A stretch of DNA of 59,431 nt, counting the filler, from Streblomastix strix (Eukaryota): the NCBI GenBank assembly GCA_008636045.1. It is 3 parts of 3 records of this genome, joined end to end, with 100 filler letters (N's around TTAATTAATTAA, not from the genome) between each part and the next. Parts side by side here need not be neighbours in the genome. Positions count along the whole stretch, not along the records: positions 19,864 to 39,601 come from SNRW01000489.1; positions 39,702 to 59,431 come from SNRW01000490.1; 1 more part is not named here. The stretch is one strand, 5' to 3'. Both the position numbers and the translations under genes were made by a program. Numbering within the stretch: the first letter of the stretch is position 1; each line of letters starts with the position of its first letter. Of the stretch, positions 38,690 through 50,261 are shown piece by piece. Below the pieces are notes generated by a model. It searched no databases. It saw only the letters and a program-made list of their open reading frames with translations, and was not told where the DNA came from.

Positions 38690-38810
38690 ATGTCAGATAA
38701 AAAGTAAATTGCACCAACGAAATAAGTTTAAAAAATAGTTTAAGTTTGACTTTTGGGCTAATTCAAGGGCTTATTCAAGGGCCAATTTATTGGGCTAATC
38801 ATAGGCTAAT
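38690..38810 (-). repeat. Element-C cis-motif, single unit (reverse), plus short gggctaat-like repeats
   Basis: Reverse complement: tcaaacttaaactattttttaaacttatttcgttggtgcaatttactttttatctgac. Confidence 0.75.
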
Positions 38811-38972
38811 TTATTACGCTAGCCATGGATAATTATTCAGTTGCTTCAAATATAACTAATATCTATATTCTTTAGCTAATTTTATATCATCATTTTTGAT
38901 TGCCTCCTTAATTAATTATTCCAATTATTCGGTGGTAAATTATTTAAGTATTGATTCGTTAATTGTTTTCAT
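38799..38972 (-). CDS. Small viral hypothetical protein (57 aa)
   Basis: MKTINESILKQFTTEQLEQLIKEAIKNDDIKLAKEYRYQ...*. Confidence 0.4.
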
Positions 38973-39184
38973 CTTCTTTCTACGATAGCAAAATTAAATT
39001 ATATATACAATTATATTAACAGGAACTAATATTATATCTAGATACCTCCATAATTATTTAATCAGTGAAATATATTTGATTGGTACATTAACTGAGGTAA
39101 TCGATACTATAAAATTAATCCCATAAAATAAGTAATTTAAAACTAATTATATTATGCCGATCGTATTCATTTATATTTACTTAT

Positions 39185-39490
39185 ATGAGTTCCTAATAAA
39201 TAAATTAAATATCGTTCGACGACCAATCACTATAAAAGGAATATAAATTTAGGCCATTAGCCCCACATTCAATCTTTCTCATTAACGCCAACCATTATAT
39301 AGTTGGATCGGTTGGAAGTGATAAAACAACTTTAATGGCGAAATTGATAGTATTATATTAACGATACATTAATCCCTACATATTATACTTCTCTAACTTT
39401 GGACCAGATGAAACAATGGTCATTAATTTAAATAATAAAGGGATTAAATTAATTAATATAACTTACTCAGATGCAAGTAGTTATGAGAAT
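39185..39490 (+). pseudogene. N-terminal fragment of A32/FtsK-like genome-packaging ATPase
   Basis: MSSQQ...NHYIVGSVGSDKTTLMAKLI: Walker A (GxxGxGKT) with G>D, near the N-terminus. Breaks into AT-rich sequence. Confidence 0.6.
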
Positions 39491-39601
39491 ATGGAGAGTG
39501 CCCCACATAGAAAAATAAAATAAATAATGTTAAATAAAATAATGATTATAAAATAATGAAAATAAATAATAATAATAAATAATGATAATAAAATAATGTA
39601 A

Positions 39602-39701
39602 NNNNNNNNNNNNNNNNNNNNNNNNNNNNNNNNNNNNNNNNNNNNTTAATTAATTAANNNNNNNNNNNNNNNNNNNNNNNNNNNNNNNNNNNNNNNNNNN
39701 N
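39602..39701. other. Assembly gap with artificial TTAATTAATTAA linker
   Basis: N44-TTAATTAATTAA-N44. Confidence 0.95.
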
Positions 39702-39702
39702 A

Positions 39703-40482
39703 GAAACTGAATTAAAAGAATTAGAAGATGACAATAATTAAGATAAAAGTAATGAAGCATTTGAAGAGTAAAACAGAAATAATGAAGAATACGATTAAGA
39801 AGAAGAGGAAACAAACCATTAATAATAAATAGGAGAAGATGCTATTAGTTAAAACAGCCAAAAAAATAAATAAGAATCTTTGATTAGTGGAGAATAAGAA
39901 GAATAAGAAGAAGGAGATATGGAAGTGGGATAAGAAGATGGTGATTTAACAGGTAGTCAAATACAATAAATGGATTAAGATGCGGAAATTGAATAAGATT
40001 AATAGGATGAAACACTCTAGAGCTCACATAAATATTCGAAATCAAATAATAACTTAGATAGTGAAGAATATTAAAGTAATGATGAAAAAGATGGTGATGA
40101 AGAAGAATAAGAAGAATAAGAAACATATGAAGGAGATGATACAATTAACATAAATGAAAAGTATTAGTAAAATCAAAAGTAGGAAAAAAGAATTAATATT
40201 AGAAGAGAAGATTCAGATCAAGAATTTAATGATGATGATTTAAAGGACGAATAATTAAGTAATATAAAGAGCTAATATAATAGAACTGAAAGTGTAGCAT
40301 TTAATGATTATGATTTTGAAGAAGAGGGAGACGTGGATGAAAGATAATATGAAGAGAGCGAAGACAAGACGCATACTCCAGCTAAAAGAAGCTCTGAATA
40401 TGAGCGAAATAGTCAATAGAATGAAAGTCTAGACAGTCCAGAATTTGATGATGACAACGAGTTCTTTGACGATGATATGTGA
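39703..40482 (+). CDS. Acidic low-complexity C-terminus of a host protein (5'-truncated by gap)
   Basis: 260 codons open under TAR=Gln, D/E/N/Q-rich, ends DDDNEFFDDDM*. Confidence 0.65.
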
Positions 40483-40798
40483 TGATTGTAAGAAGAACAA
40501 TTAATTCTCTTATTTGATTAATTATTTAACTAGTCATTTTTTTTACTAATAAACTTTTGTTATATAACCAAATCAAGAAATATTGTAAAGAAAAAGCTTA
40601 GATTATCAACGTATCTATTTAATTTATTTTCGAATGAAATATTAGTTTACTATCAATAAGAGTGTAGGAAATCCTCTAAAAATTTAAATAATTAATAAAT
40701 ATTATTATATGTTGTTATTAATAACAAAATTAGTTGAAGTATATGAATAGCATTGGCATTATTCAATATTCATGTTTTTATTATATTTAACATTTTCT

Positions 40799-43700
40799 TC
40801 ACTTTTTTTCTGCAACCTGTTACCTCTTCTCTAAATCTTCCTTGAATTATTTGACAAGCTCAGATTTCTTTTGATTTTCCCTCTGTTCGTAAAGCTTTAG
40901 CTATTCATTGTAGTATTGCTTCAATCTCTCCTCTCTTTCATGTTATTTCAGCAATACGAGTGTTTCGCGTTTGGTGATCTGAAAAAAAATAATGTTAATA
41001 TATAATAATTTATTATTTAAAATTGTGTTATTATATAAATTAATTGAATACCTCATCTCTGCGCATCAAATCCTTAACATCTTGTGGTACAGAGGAGACA
41101 ATGATTGAAATGAGTGCTGCAGCCAAAATGAGAACATTCTCCACACCGAAGAAGATGATGACTGATACCATCTATCCTGTTGAAGTTAGTTCTTAATCTC
41201 CAATAAACAAAGTTGTGAGTTAAGAGCGGAAACAGAAGAACATAATTCCTAAGTTCATAATAACTGCAGCATAAGTCATGAAGTTTAGCACAGGTAGGAA
41301 GGACCCTATACTTGCACTGGATATTGGTATGGGGCGTTGCATAGAGAAGCAGATCTTCGCTGGATCTGATCGGAGCTGAATAACATTTCCTACAAATGAA
41401 AAGAGTGCAGCCAATGGGAAGGCTGGTGCAAAGAGTGTGATGAATCCGAATTGCATTACTAATTCCTAAAAGTCATCAAATGTATCATATTCTCCCATTC
41501 CCATTTCAACTTCTGTTTTTGTAGGAAGACTTGCCATCTCCTTTTCAATTTAGAGAAGTTCAATTTTCTGTTATCTTAGTTTCTCAAGCTGTGCGGGTGA
41601 GATTGTTCGAATGCGCTTCTTCTTCCTCTGAGTTTATTAACCATTATTCTGATTTGCATTTTATTAATTTTCTGCAGTTTAATTCTTTTTCTATTATCTA
41701 CCTCTTACTCCTCCTTCAGTTGGTGGCGCATATGCATTTGCATTCTGATTAGCTTCTCTCTGGAGTTGAGCTTCATGCTCTTGATTCTCTTTAAGTTATG
41801 TGACCATGGCTCTCACTTCTTCTTTCTTTTTACGAATGCTTCTTTTCTTCATTTCTGTTAAGGACCATTTCAAAAACACTATAGCCATTGGCAGTATGTT
41901 TGAGAGAACTTGAGTCTTGAGGAAGTAGATTATGAACATGGTTATCAAACGAGTCCTCAAATCACTGAATGATTCACTGACATCATCATTGAATGGATTA
42001 TGGGAGAATACAATATAGACCATAGAGAAGAATTGGTTAATTACTGCAGCTGATACCATTCTGAAAATGATCATGTTATCATATTAACTCTAAGTTTTGT
42101 AGTTCTCCCATTTGTTACAGGCAGTTGCAACAAAGCTGTAGATGAATCCAAAAATGATAGATACTACAGCATTCAATATGGAAGGAATAAGATCTATAAT
42201 AAATTCTACTACAAAATGTAAGTCTGTACGACCACCTTTTATTGCATCAATGATGGGATTTTCATAATAGGTCAGGAGAAAGATGACTACAATATCAATT
42301 ATAACCATGATCAATGAAATAGGGATGGTTATCATATACTTTTACATTCTCTTACTCGAAGGATATTCTCGCTCCAATTTTCCAGTAATCTTCGATCTCT
42401 CAATCTTCCCATCAAATTTTGGACGCGGTTTTTCTATTTCTGAAAAGTTGAATGTGTTCCATGAATAAGTTTTCCTTGCTTCATTACGCTTCCATGCTTT
42501 TGTGAATATTGCAGACCAAATACAAACAATAATAGAGAATATTGATCCAGAAAGAGCCATTGCTTAATCACCAGATAATATTTCCTGTACAATGAAAACA
42601 ATTATTCCAATAATCGTAAGAGGAATGAGCCATTTCGTGTAGAATCCAAGATAGACAAAGTAAAGAGCGACCTTCTCTCCAAAGTATTGTGCAATCATAT
42701 TTGATGGTTGTTTCTTTAAAGACCAGATCCAACGCTTCTTAAGAGCTTCCAATTAATCTTCCTCATGAACTGGGAAGAAAGCTTTGCAATATCCCATAGC
42801 CAGAGCTCGCATAATCAACATGTCTCCATATCGTATGCTTCCAACAACGTCTTCTTCTTCAACCATAATATCAGTAAGAATATCATAGATGAGCTTCTTC
42901 CTCTCAGCTGAATAGAAGAAGGTCTCTGGTTCATCAATACCCAGAAATTCACCTCTCTATGAACTAACAAAATCCACCATATCACTTCCACCATCAACTT
43001 TAACATTCTCAGGTTTCAATAACTTCTTGAAATGCTTCAACTCGGCTTAGATGCAAAGAGCTTCAAAAGTTGCACTGATGTTGACAAAGATCAATTTCTG
43101 ATCTGTGCTGACTTTCTCTTCCAAAAGAAGCTCCCTCTCTCTCATTCGCCTCATTATAAGATCTTTGACTACTACTTTTTCACGATCACTAATTCCTTTG
43201 ATCATCTTAAGAAGTCCACAACATCTCGTGTCTTCATCATCTTCCTCAATAATCTGGATACCTAAATTATCATCTGGATCATCTTCTACACTTTTATCCT
43301 TTGGATCTTCGTTTTCAAACTACAATTCTCCATTTTCATCAACTTTCCCATCTTTTGACACTTTTAATTTACGATATATTGGATTCTTTTGTTTTTGCTG
43401 AGCTTTTTACTTCTTCAGGCGATTCCTCTTTAGAATATGATCTTCAATGACATCATCATCACCAGCAATACCCAATTTTTAATTCATCCTCAATGTAGTA
43501 AGTGTCCCATCATCAAATTCTTTATTATTAATACGTTTCTATTTATATTCTTCAATCTTCCTCATCCGTAATCTCTCCTGATAATCTTCACGCTTCCTTG
43601 CTTCTCTTTCCATCCTAGCCTTCCTCAAAGCAAGATCATCTTTCATACTCTTCATTCCTTTCTCTGAAGCATCTTCAGGCGACACAAGATTCTCAAAAAC

Positions 43701-44663
43701 AAGCACAAAGTCGGTGATCAATATTTTCTCCTTATGTTCCTTCATCGCAGCAAGGAGATCCTTCATCTCTAATTTCTGACGCATCTTCCCTGACCCATCA
43801 TCTACCAATGCATTTCTTCTCCTTTAATGAGCGCGCCAACATCCTTATTTGAATAATTAATAAAGAAATGATTGAAATAATTATATATATAATCAAATTA
43901 TATTAAAAGTTATTCATTAAGTTTATTTTTTCAATACTTTGAATGATCATTACAGCGTGAACTTAAGCTGTAATTTTCCTGAAGGCATCTCCCCAAATTT
44001 TTCTTACAGAATAACCTCTAAATTAAATAATATATTAATTAAACACATGAAAAATAATATTTATTTAAATTAAAATTACCTGTATGTTTTTTGAATTTTT
44101 ATTGCTGCTTCATTTTCTTTTCGTGTTTTTTCATCATACATATTAGGTGAAGTTATCGGAGATTACTAAAAAACGGAGAAAATATTAACGATAAATATTA
44201 ATAAAGCAAACTGGTAATTAGACAGAACATGCAGCACTTAGCTATTTGAGCCATTGAGTATATTAGTCCTTGGGTTTGATCTTGTGCATCTTGCGCCCAA
44301 TAACCAGCGAAATGGTCTTGTCATCATCTTCTTCAACGACATTCTGTACATCCATTAGATAAATATCTTTGACAATATCCTAAGAAAGCGAAAATAAGTA
44401 TGAAATATTGAATAAGAAAATAAGATTAAGTCATACAGTAGCACTTTCATCCTTATAATGGATCAGTCTATTGTCCTTGATGACTGTCCAAGTTTTTTAT
44501 TCAGAAAACAGTTTTCCAGTTGTAATTATATAAACAAAGCCCTTTAAAACGATTGCGAATGAGTAAATCGATTGCGAATGAGTAAAAACGATTGCGAATG
44601 ATTAAAAATAAAAATATAGTAATACAGAAGCGTGCATACACTAATCTTAGCTTACTACGTCAT
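40799..44663 (-). CDS. Anoctamin/TMEM16 protein with N-terminal PH domain and two IQ motifs (host, multi-exon)
   Basis: IAQYFGEKVALYFVYLGFYT, WENYKT, FDDFQELVMQFGFITLFAPAFPLAAL, MQRP...SIG. N-terminal PH-like exons and IQ motif AAIKIQKTYRGYSVRK. Confidence 0.9.
44548..44603 (+). repeat. Three tandem 19-20-bp repeats in the first intron of the anoctamin gene
   Basis: cgattgcgaatga(g/t)taaa x3. Confidence 0.85.
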
Positions 44664-45229
44664 TAAAACGGTGATCTATATTATAAAAATATAAAATATA
44701 TATTAATATAAAAATATTATTTAGGGATATAAAGAAAAATTGAGTTTTTAAGTTTTTCACAATTTCTTGGCTCAAATTGTATGAAAATTATTTTCTGTAA
44801 ATTTATATATATTATGTAATTATATCTGCATCAAACTAAAGTACAATTAATATATATATAGACGTTTCTGATTTTCGTCTCCATAGGCCTATTATTTATG
44901 TAGTGCTGGAAATGTTAACTGAAATCCTCGGAGAAAAACGAACGTTTTCTACGACGTGGAAGGCATAATAGCAAAGACGTTGAGTTAAATGTTGATCACT
45001 GTACAATAAATTATAAAAATAACACCATCGCACAACTGATCTAATTTTACTGTCGGCTTTTAAAATGCTGTCGACTTTTAAACAAGCCATATATGCCAAA
45101 GCTTTCTTTGGAAAAAAATTTTATTCAATTTTATTACTATATTATTTTGGAACAAACAAAGTGTGTCTTTTCGATTATTTTAATTTATAAATTAATAAAT
45201 TTTAAAAACAATTCGTTTTTAGTAATGAA

Positions 45230-48200
45230 ATCATGTATTTACAACGATTAGCCTGAATCTGACTTTTCTAATAATAACACAACATCTGGTTATAAAATTC
45301 CTTCATAAGCTGAATTTTAATAAATATTATTTAATTCTTCAGAAGATGATATAAATTCCATTACGAATGAATTTGAAGGGACTTAACGTGGAAATGGGGA
45401 AAAAATAATGAAAAATTGAAAAATAATCACAGTACGAAGCACAAACCAAACAATTTTATAATATTCGGTATGATAAAATAAGGAAAAATAGACCAGAACA
45501 TATTTCATGTGCCTCAATTAACAGTTTGTGAAGCAATGTAATCTGGATGTTCGAAGAGGTTTTATATATGTTAAATAAAGGAAAACGAATATTCCAAAGC
45601 ATTTTGATCTTTAATCTGCTATTTAAGAAGGAGGTGATAAAGAATAATATTTGCCACTATATCGTAGATGCAATTTTCAATTTGAAATGAAAAAAAAATT
45701 AAAAATCAAGAATAAAATTTAGAATTTCTAATTATTAAATGTCTAATAATAATGAATTGACCATTGGATAACGTTTTTGCTTTATATGAAGCACTTTATG
45801 CAGCTATGAACTTACAACAGAATAATAACATTAAAAAAAACTGAAAAAAATCTGAAGTAAAAATAACTGAAAACAAGCTGGATTAATGATTTAAAGAGTA
45901 GCTAAATAAATATAATTTTAATTAATTAATTAACTGAAAAGTAGTCGAGTTACAATCTAACTCGACTCAGGAACAAAATAAAATCATCATTTAGACACTA
46001 CAACTATAATCAATCCGACTTTGATTCCCCCAATAAGAATTCTATTTGCTATTGATGTATCAGGAACTTCAAAAAAAGACTTAATGATATTTGGCTCAAA
46101 ACTGACCCAAGATACATGCAATTTCGATAAGAGACCAGTCGCCTTCGTCACTGATGGTCTCAATAGATAAGTTTATTCACTTTCTCTTGAATAATAAGAC
46201 CAATATTCTTCAAAAAATACATCAATTACATAATTTTAAATCCCAATATCTGATTAAACTTGAACTCCAATCAAAAATCAATAATTTTCATCATCATTAT
46301 AATTAAATTTGCAATCGTAATAATACTAATAATTTTTGTTATAATAATTTCAAAATTAATAATAGTAATAGCAGCAATTTATTTATTAATCACAATCAAA
46401 TTATTATGATTATAATTTTAATTACTTAAATAATAATAAGAATTAAAATATCTTAAATAACACCAATTAATCAAATTTTGGTTCGATTTTCAATTAAAAT
46501 TTTAATTTTTAATCGTTATAATAATCTCAATAACAGTTTAATACAAATAATAATTAAATAATAAATATATCGATATTGGAAAATAATTCATTAAGTTAGA
46601 ATTCATAAATCTTTTCATAATTTAATACATCATCGAAATAAAAATAATCAGAATTTATCACAAATTCATTTTTCCAGTTATAGACAACTTTGCAATAGAC
46701 AGAACAAGAAATATGGCAAGTTAAATCTCTAATTAAATTGGAGCATATATAATTATTTTCATCACCACTTTAAATATCTAAAAATGTTAAAAATGCTGAG
46801 ATCATACCGACGGCAAAAAGAAATTTTCCACTTATTATTGATTAAATTTAAAAGTAAATTTCTTCTTTTAACGTTATTTCTGCTTCATAATAATGCTCTG
46901 AACTATCATAGTTAATTAATTCACCAAATTTTACTGCGTAATCATAAAAAATAATTTTTTCAAAATTCGATAATACCTTCATAATATTATTAATAAATAA
47001 AATATTAAATTTCAGAAGTTAATTCAGATAATCAGGATAAAAATTGGAATTTTGGACCAAATCCTATGATAAATAAAAAATAGATGATTAATTATTAGAA
47101 AGATATTAGTGTAAAAAGAAAAATAATTAATTGAGTAGATAATAGTTTGATTAATGGTATGAATAGTAAACAAGAATTTAATACACCTTTTCATTCAAGT
47201 TGTGTTCTACGCATCACATCATTATCATTTTCTCAAATGTATAATTAAATTCCATAATTTAAAGAGTTAATTAATAATTGTAAATACATGTGTTAATAAC
47301 TTCATTATATTGACTGTCTTCGTGTTATAGGAGCTTGACCTCCAAACTTCAGTCTAACAAGATGGTTGGATATCTGCAGATACCTTCAATTTTTGTTAGA
47401 ATAAGAAAGTTTAATCAAACTGCATATAACATTGAATGATGAAGATTTTATACAAATCAGATCATTATACTTGCTTCTAGAACCATTTAGCGCTTTAACT
47501 GCTTGCGAAGAACGATCATCTTCATGTTTAAGCTACGTTTTTCCAACAATAATAGATGCTTTCTATTATTATTCAAGGTTAATTATACTTCCTGAATACC
47601 GTTTCCCTATGTTTTATAAATATTTCACTGCTGAACTTAGCACATAATTCTTTGATTACACTCTCAATTCAGATTTAGGAGCTCTATACACTTTTTTTAT
47701 TCTCTTTAACATACTGTGGACAGAAGATGATGTTAAATCGGCTGCATGCTTTTTTTTAAATTCGAAATAATCAATCAATTTAAGACACAAAGAAGATTGT
47801 CAATTGTTAGAATTTATTAAAAATCCTGATAATTTCATTTCAATTGATTTTAATAAAGAAGATCAACTAAAAAAATAAAATAAAAAGTGATAAAAGAAAA
47901 TAGAAATAAATTCAAAGCAAAGCGAGAAGAAAAATCAAAAAAAGAAACATAACAAAAAAAGTTTCTAGAAAAAGAAAAAGAAAAAAAAAATGCAGAAAAA
48001 GAAAAAGAAAAAATCGACATAAATGCTGAATTTACAGATTTCTTAAATAATTTCGAAAAAAGTGACATATAAGAAATCTTAAATAGAGATTATAAGCACA
48101 TAAAACATGATGATTAGTGGATTCCAAACGAAACGAACTAACAATAAAGATTTCTGTTATAATCATTGAGTAAAAATAATTGAATTTTAAACGCATAATA

Positions 48201-48500
48201 ATCTAAGATTCTAGATCAAACCATTAAGTTTCAATCTTGTTAATAATCACCCTTTACTCTACCTGTTACACCAACAAGCAAACGAAATCGTGAATCAATT
48301 TTGCACATTTCTCCTTCAACCAGGCATCGAGATCTAAGATTATCATAAATTCCCAAATCTCTGCTAGAACAAAATCTTGGAAGAAACTTACTTTTTTGAA
48401 TCATTAGATCTCCTCTGAGAAGAAATAATTAAAGAATTGTTTTAGAAAGGTTAGAACATGAAAGTACAAAATTGGCTCCTATAATAAAAACATGAATTAA
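45230..48500 (+). mobile_element. Degenerate hAT-like DDE transposase remnant with N-rich insertion
   Basis: Fragments ILFAIDVSGT, FVTDG, SC.L(R), FSLTRWLD and LLEPFSALTACEERSSSCLSYVFP match hAT motifs. Many TGA stops and frameshifts; boundaries approximate. Confidence 0.55.
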
Positions 48501-48567
48501 AAAAAATTGTTTAATTTATTAAATTTGACCAATATATTATATTATTACTATTGATAATAATGAATAA

Positions 48568-49826
48568 TACCAGTTTTCACAATTTGATCTAATTTAGTGA
48601 AGATAATATTGCATTCTGCATCAACAAAAGCTTAATTCAAAAAATATGAATAAAATACAAAGTTATTATATTATTGATTTTGAATTACATACCTGGAATT
48701 CAGATATATCTTTAATGTGCAATTAAGCCCGCATGTGTAGAGAACGAATAATATTCCAAAATAAACAAAATATATAATATAATTTTAATAAACATTTGTT
48801 TTTTCATTCTTCAATTCAAATTAGATATTCAACAAAACAACTTTAAGCTTTTCAATCTATTTTTGCTGTTGCTCAAATCTATTAATGTTATTTAATTCAA
48901 AGAAAAATTAAATAATATTCATAGTAATATAAATATAAATAAACATACACTGCATAAGAGAATGTCTTCTTGAAAGCAATTCCTCTCACTAGTTCAGAAT
49001 CTTTCATCATTCTTCCATCAACTTATTTTACTCCTAAAATAATAGAATTAATTAACTAATAAAATTTATACAATGATTTTAAACACTAATCATGTTATGA
49101 GCTAGATTGTCATCAAAGGCCTAAAATTGATAATTGGAGATAATAGAAGATAATAGAATAAATATTAATTAGCAATAATTTATATTTTCATTGCTCCCCC
49201 AATTATTTTCCTAAAGTGTTCCTTGCATGGTGCAATTAATTTCCTATTTATCGCAGTCATAATTATTTTCAATAATAATTCATTACGTTTTCTAGAACAG
49301 ATAAAATAATTAAAAATTGTAATAAAAAATTTGTAATCTTTTCAGGTTTGCCATCAACTATGTATTTCATTTAATTAATATAGTTTACTGCTAATTGACA
49401 TGCTGTTCGAAAGGCTCTGATAATAACTTGAGAGGTTACACCTTCTTTAATATATGGTTTCTAACCATTTAAGTAGGATAGAGCGAGTAAGTGTACGTTC
49501 GTTGTTCCATCTCGAATATATTTAATAATTAATTAATATTATAAAGAAACTTTAAAATGAATATTAGAAGCATTACAAATACCTTAATACAGAAACAAAA
49601 CACTGTCCATAAGTGTCCCAGCTATTGGTTCTGCAGGATTAAGCAATTTAACAATTGTCACCCCATCATTCGATATTGCAGATATATTACCACAGTATGA
49701 GATGAGTATGCTCAGCTTATGAAGGCCAAGAGTGGTGCGAATCATCCCTGCAAGAGTATTGTATACTTTTATATAATTGATAATCAGGTCGATTCTCTTT
49801 GAATTGTCGGATCCTTTGAATAACAT
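48568..49826 (-). pseudogene. CCT7: Decayed, 3'-truncated T-complex protein 1 subunit eta with introns
   Basis: IRTTLG(L), ISNDG, (R)DGTT, IIRAFRTACQLAVN, DSELVRGIAFKKTFSYAGFE, QAFVDAE(C)NII. Invariant ATP-binding glycine/proline residues substituted; only the N-terminal half is present. Confidence 0.8.
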
Positions 49827-50089
49827 AGTTGTAAAATTATGATGCGACTATAAATAATTTAAATATAAATATAATAGTTCATTAATAAGTTAAAATAAAC
49901 TTTTTTTATTTCGAAATTTATAATTTAATTTTTGATTTTACATGTTAAAATCTTTAGTTTTATTGATTAAATTAATTTTAAAATATCGTGTAAATTAAAA
50001 AAAATATGAAAAGGAGTGACCAACTGGATAAATGGCAAGATTAACGAAAAATGTAATGAATATCATTGAAGGATTGATTGGATCGAATC

Positions 50090-50235
50090 ATAAAACATCA
50101 ATTAACTATTCGAAAATGGCACAAGAAATTGATATTGTTAATGAATGACTTTTGACTAGACTGGGTGGATTGAGTGGATCAAATCAAAAAATTCTATAAA
50201 ATGCTATGGCCAATTGGACAAATGGCCAGATTAAC
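50090..50235 (+). repeat. Element-D cis-motif (forward); partial extra copy at ~50018-50050
   Basis: aagaaattgatattgttaatgaatgacttttgact...aaaaattctataaaatgctatggccaattggacaaatggccagatt. Inverted copy at 52757-52912, direct copy at 57985-58088. Confidence 0.85.
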
Positions 50236-50261
50236 GAAAAATAAAAAAATTCAAATATTGT

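Larger units (their letters stand above)
26650..39500. mobile_element. Endogenous Maverick/Polinton-like virus element C
   Basis: pPolB, 2 HNH genes, MCP-like gene, pVI-like peptides, fibre and P-loop ATPase fragment. Intronless, with repeated cis-motif. Confidence 0.85.

Noticed and set aside
41220..43808. Series of short separate membrane-protein ORFs in the ORF track
   Set aside because: All are pieces of one anoctamin exon broken at TAA/TAG Gln codons.
44548..44603. Three 19-20-bp repeats as possible iterons or regulatory array
   Set aside because: They lie inside an intron of the anoctamin gene; most simply a minisatellite.
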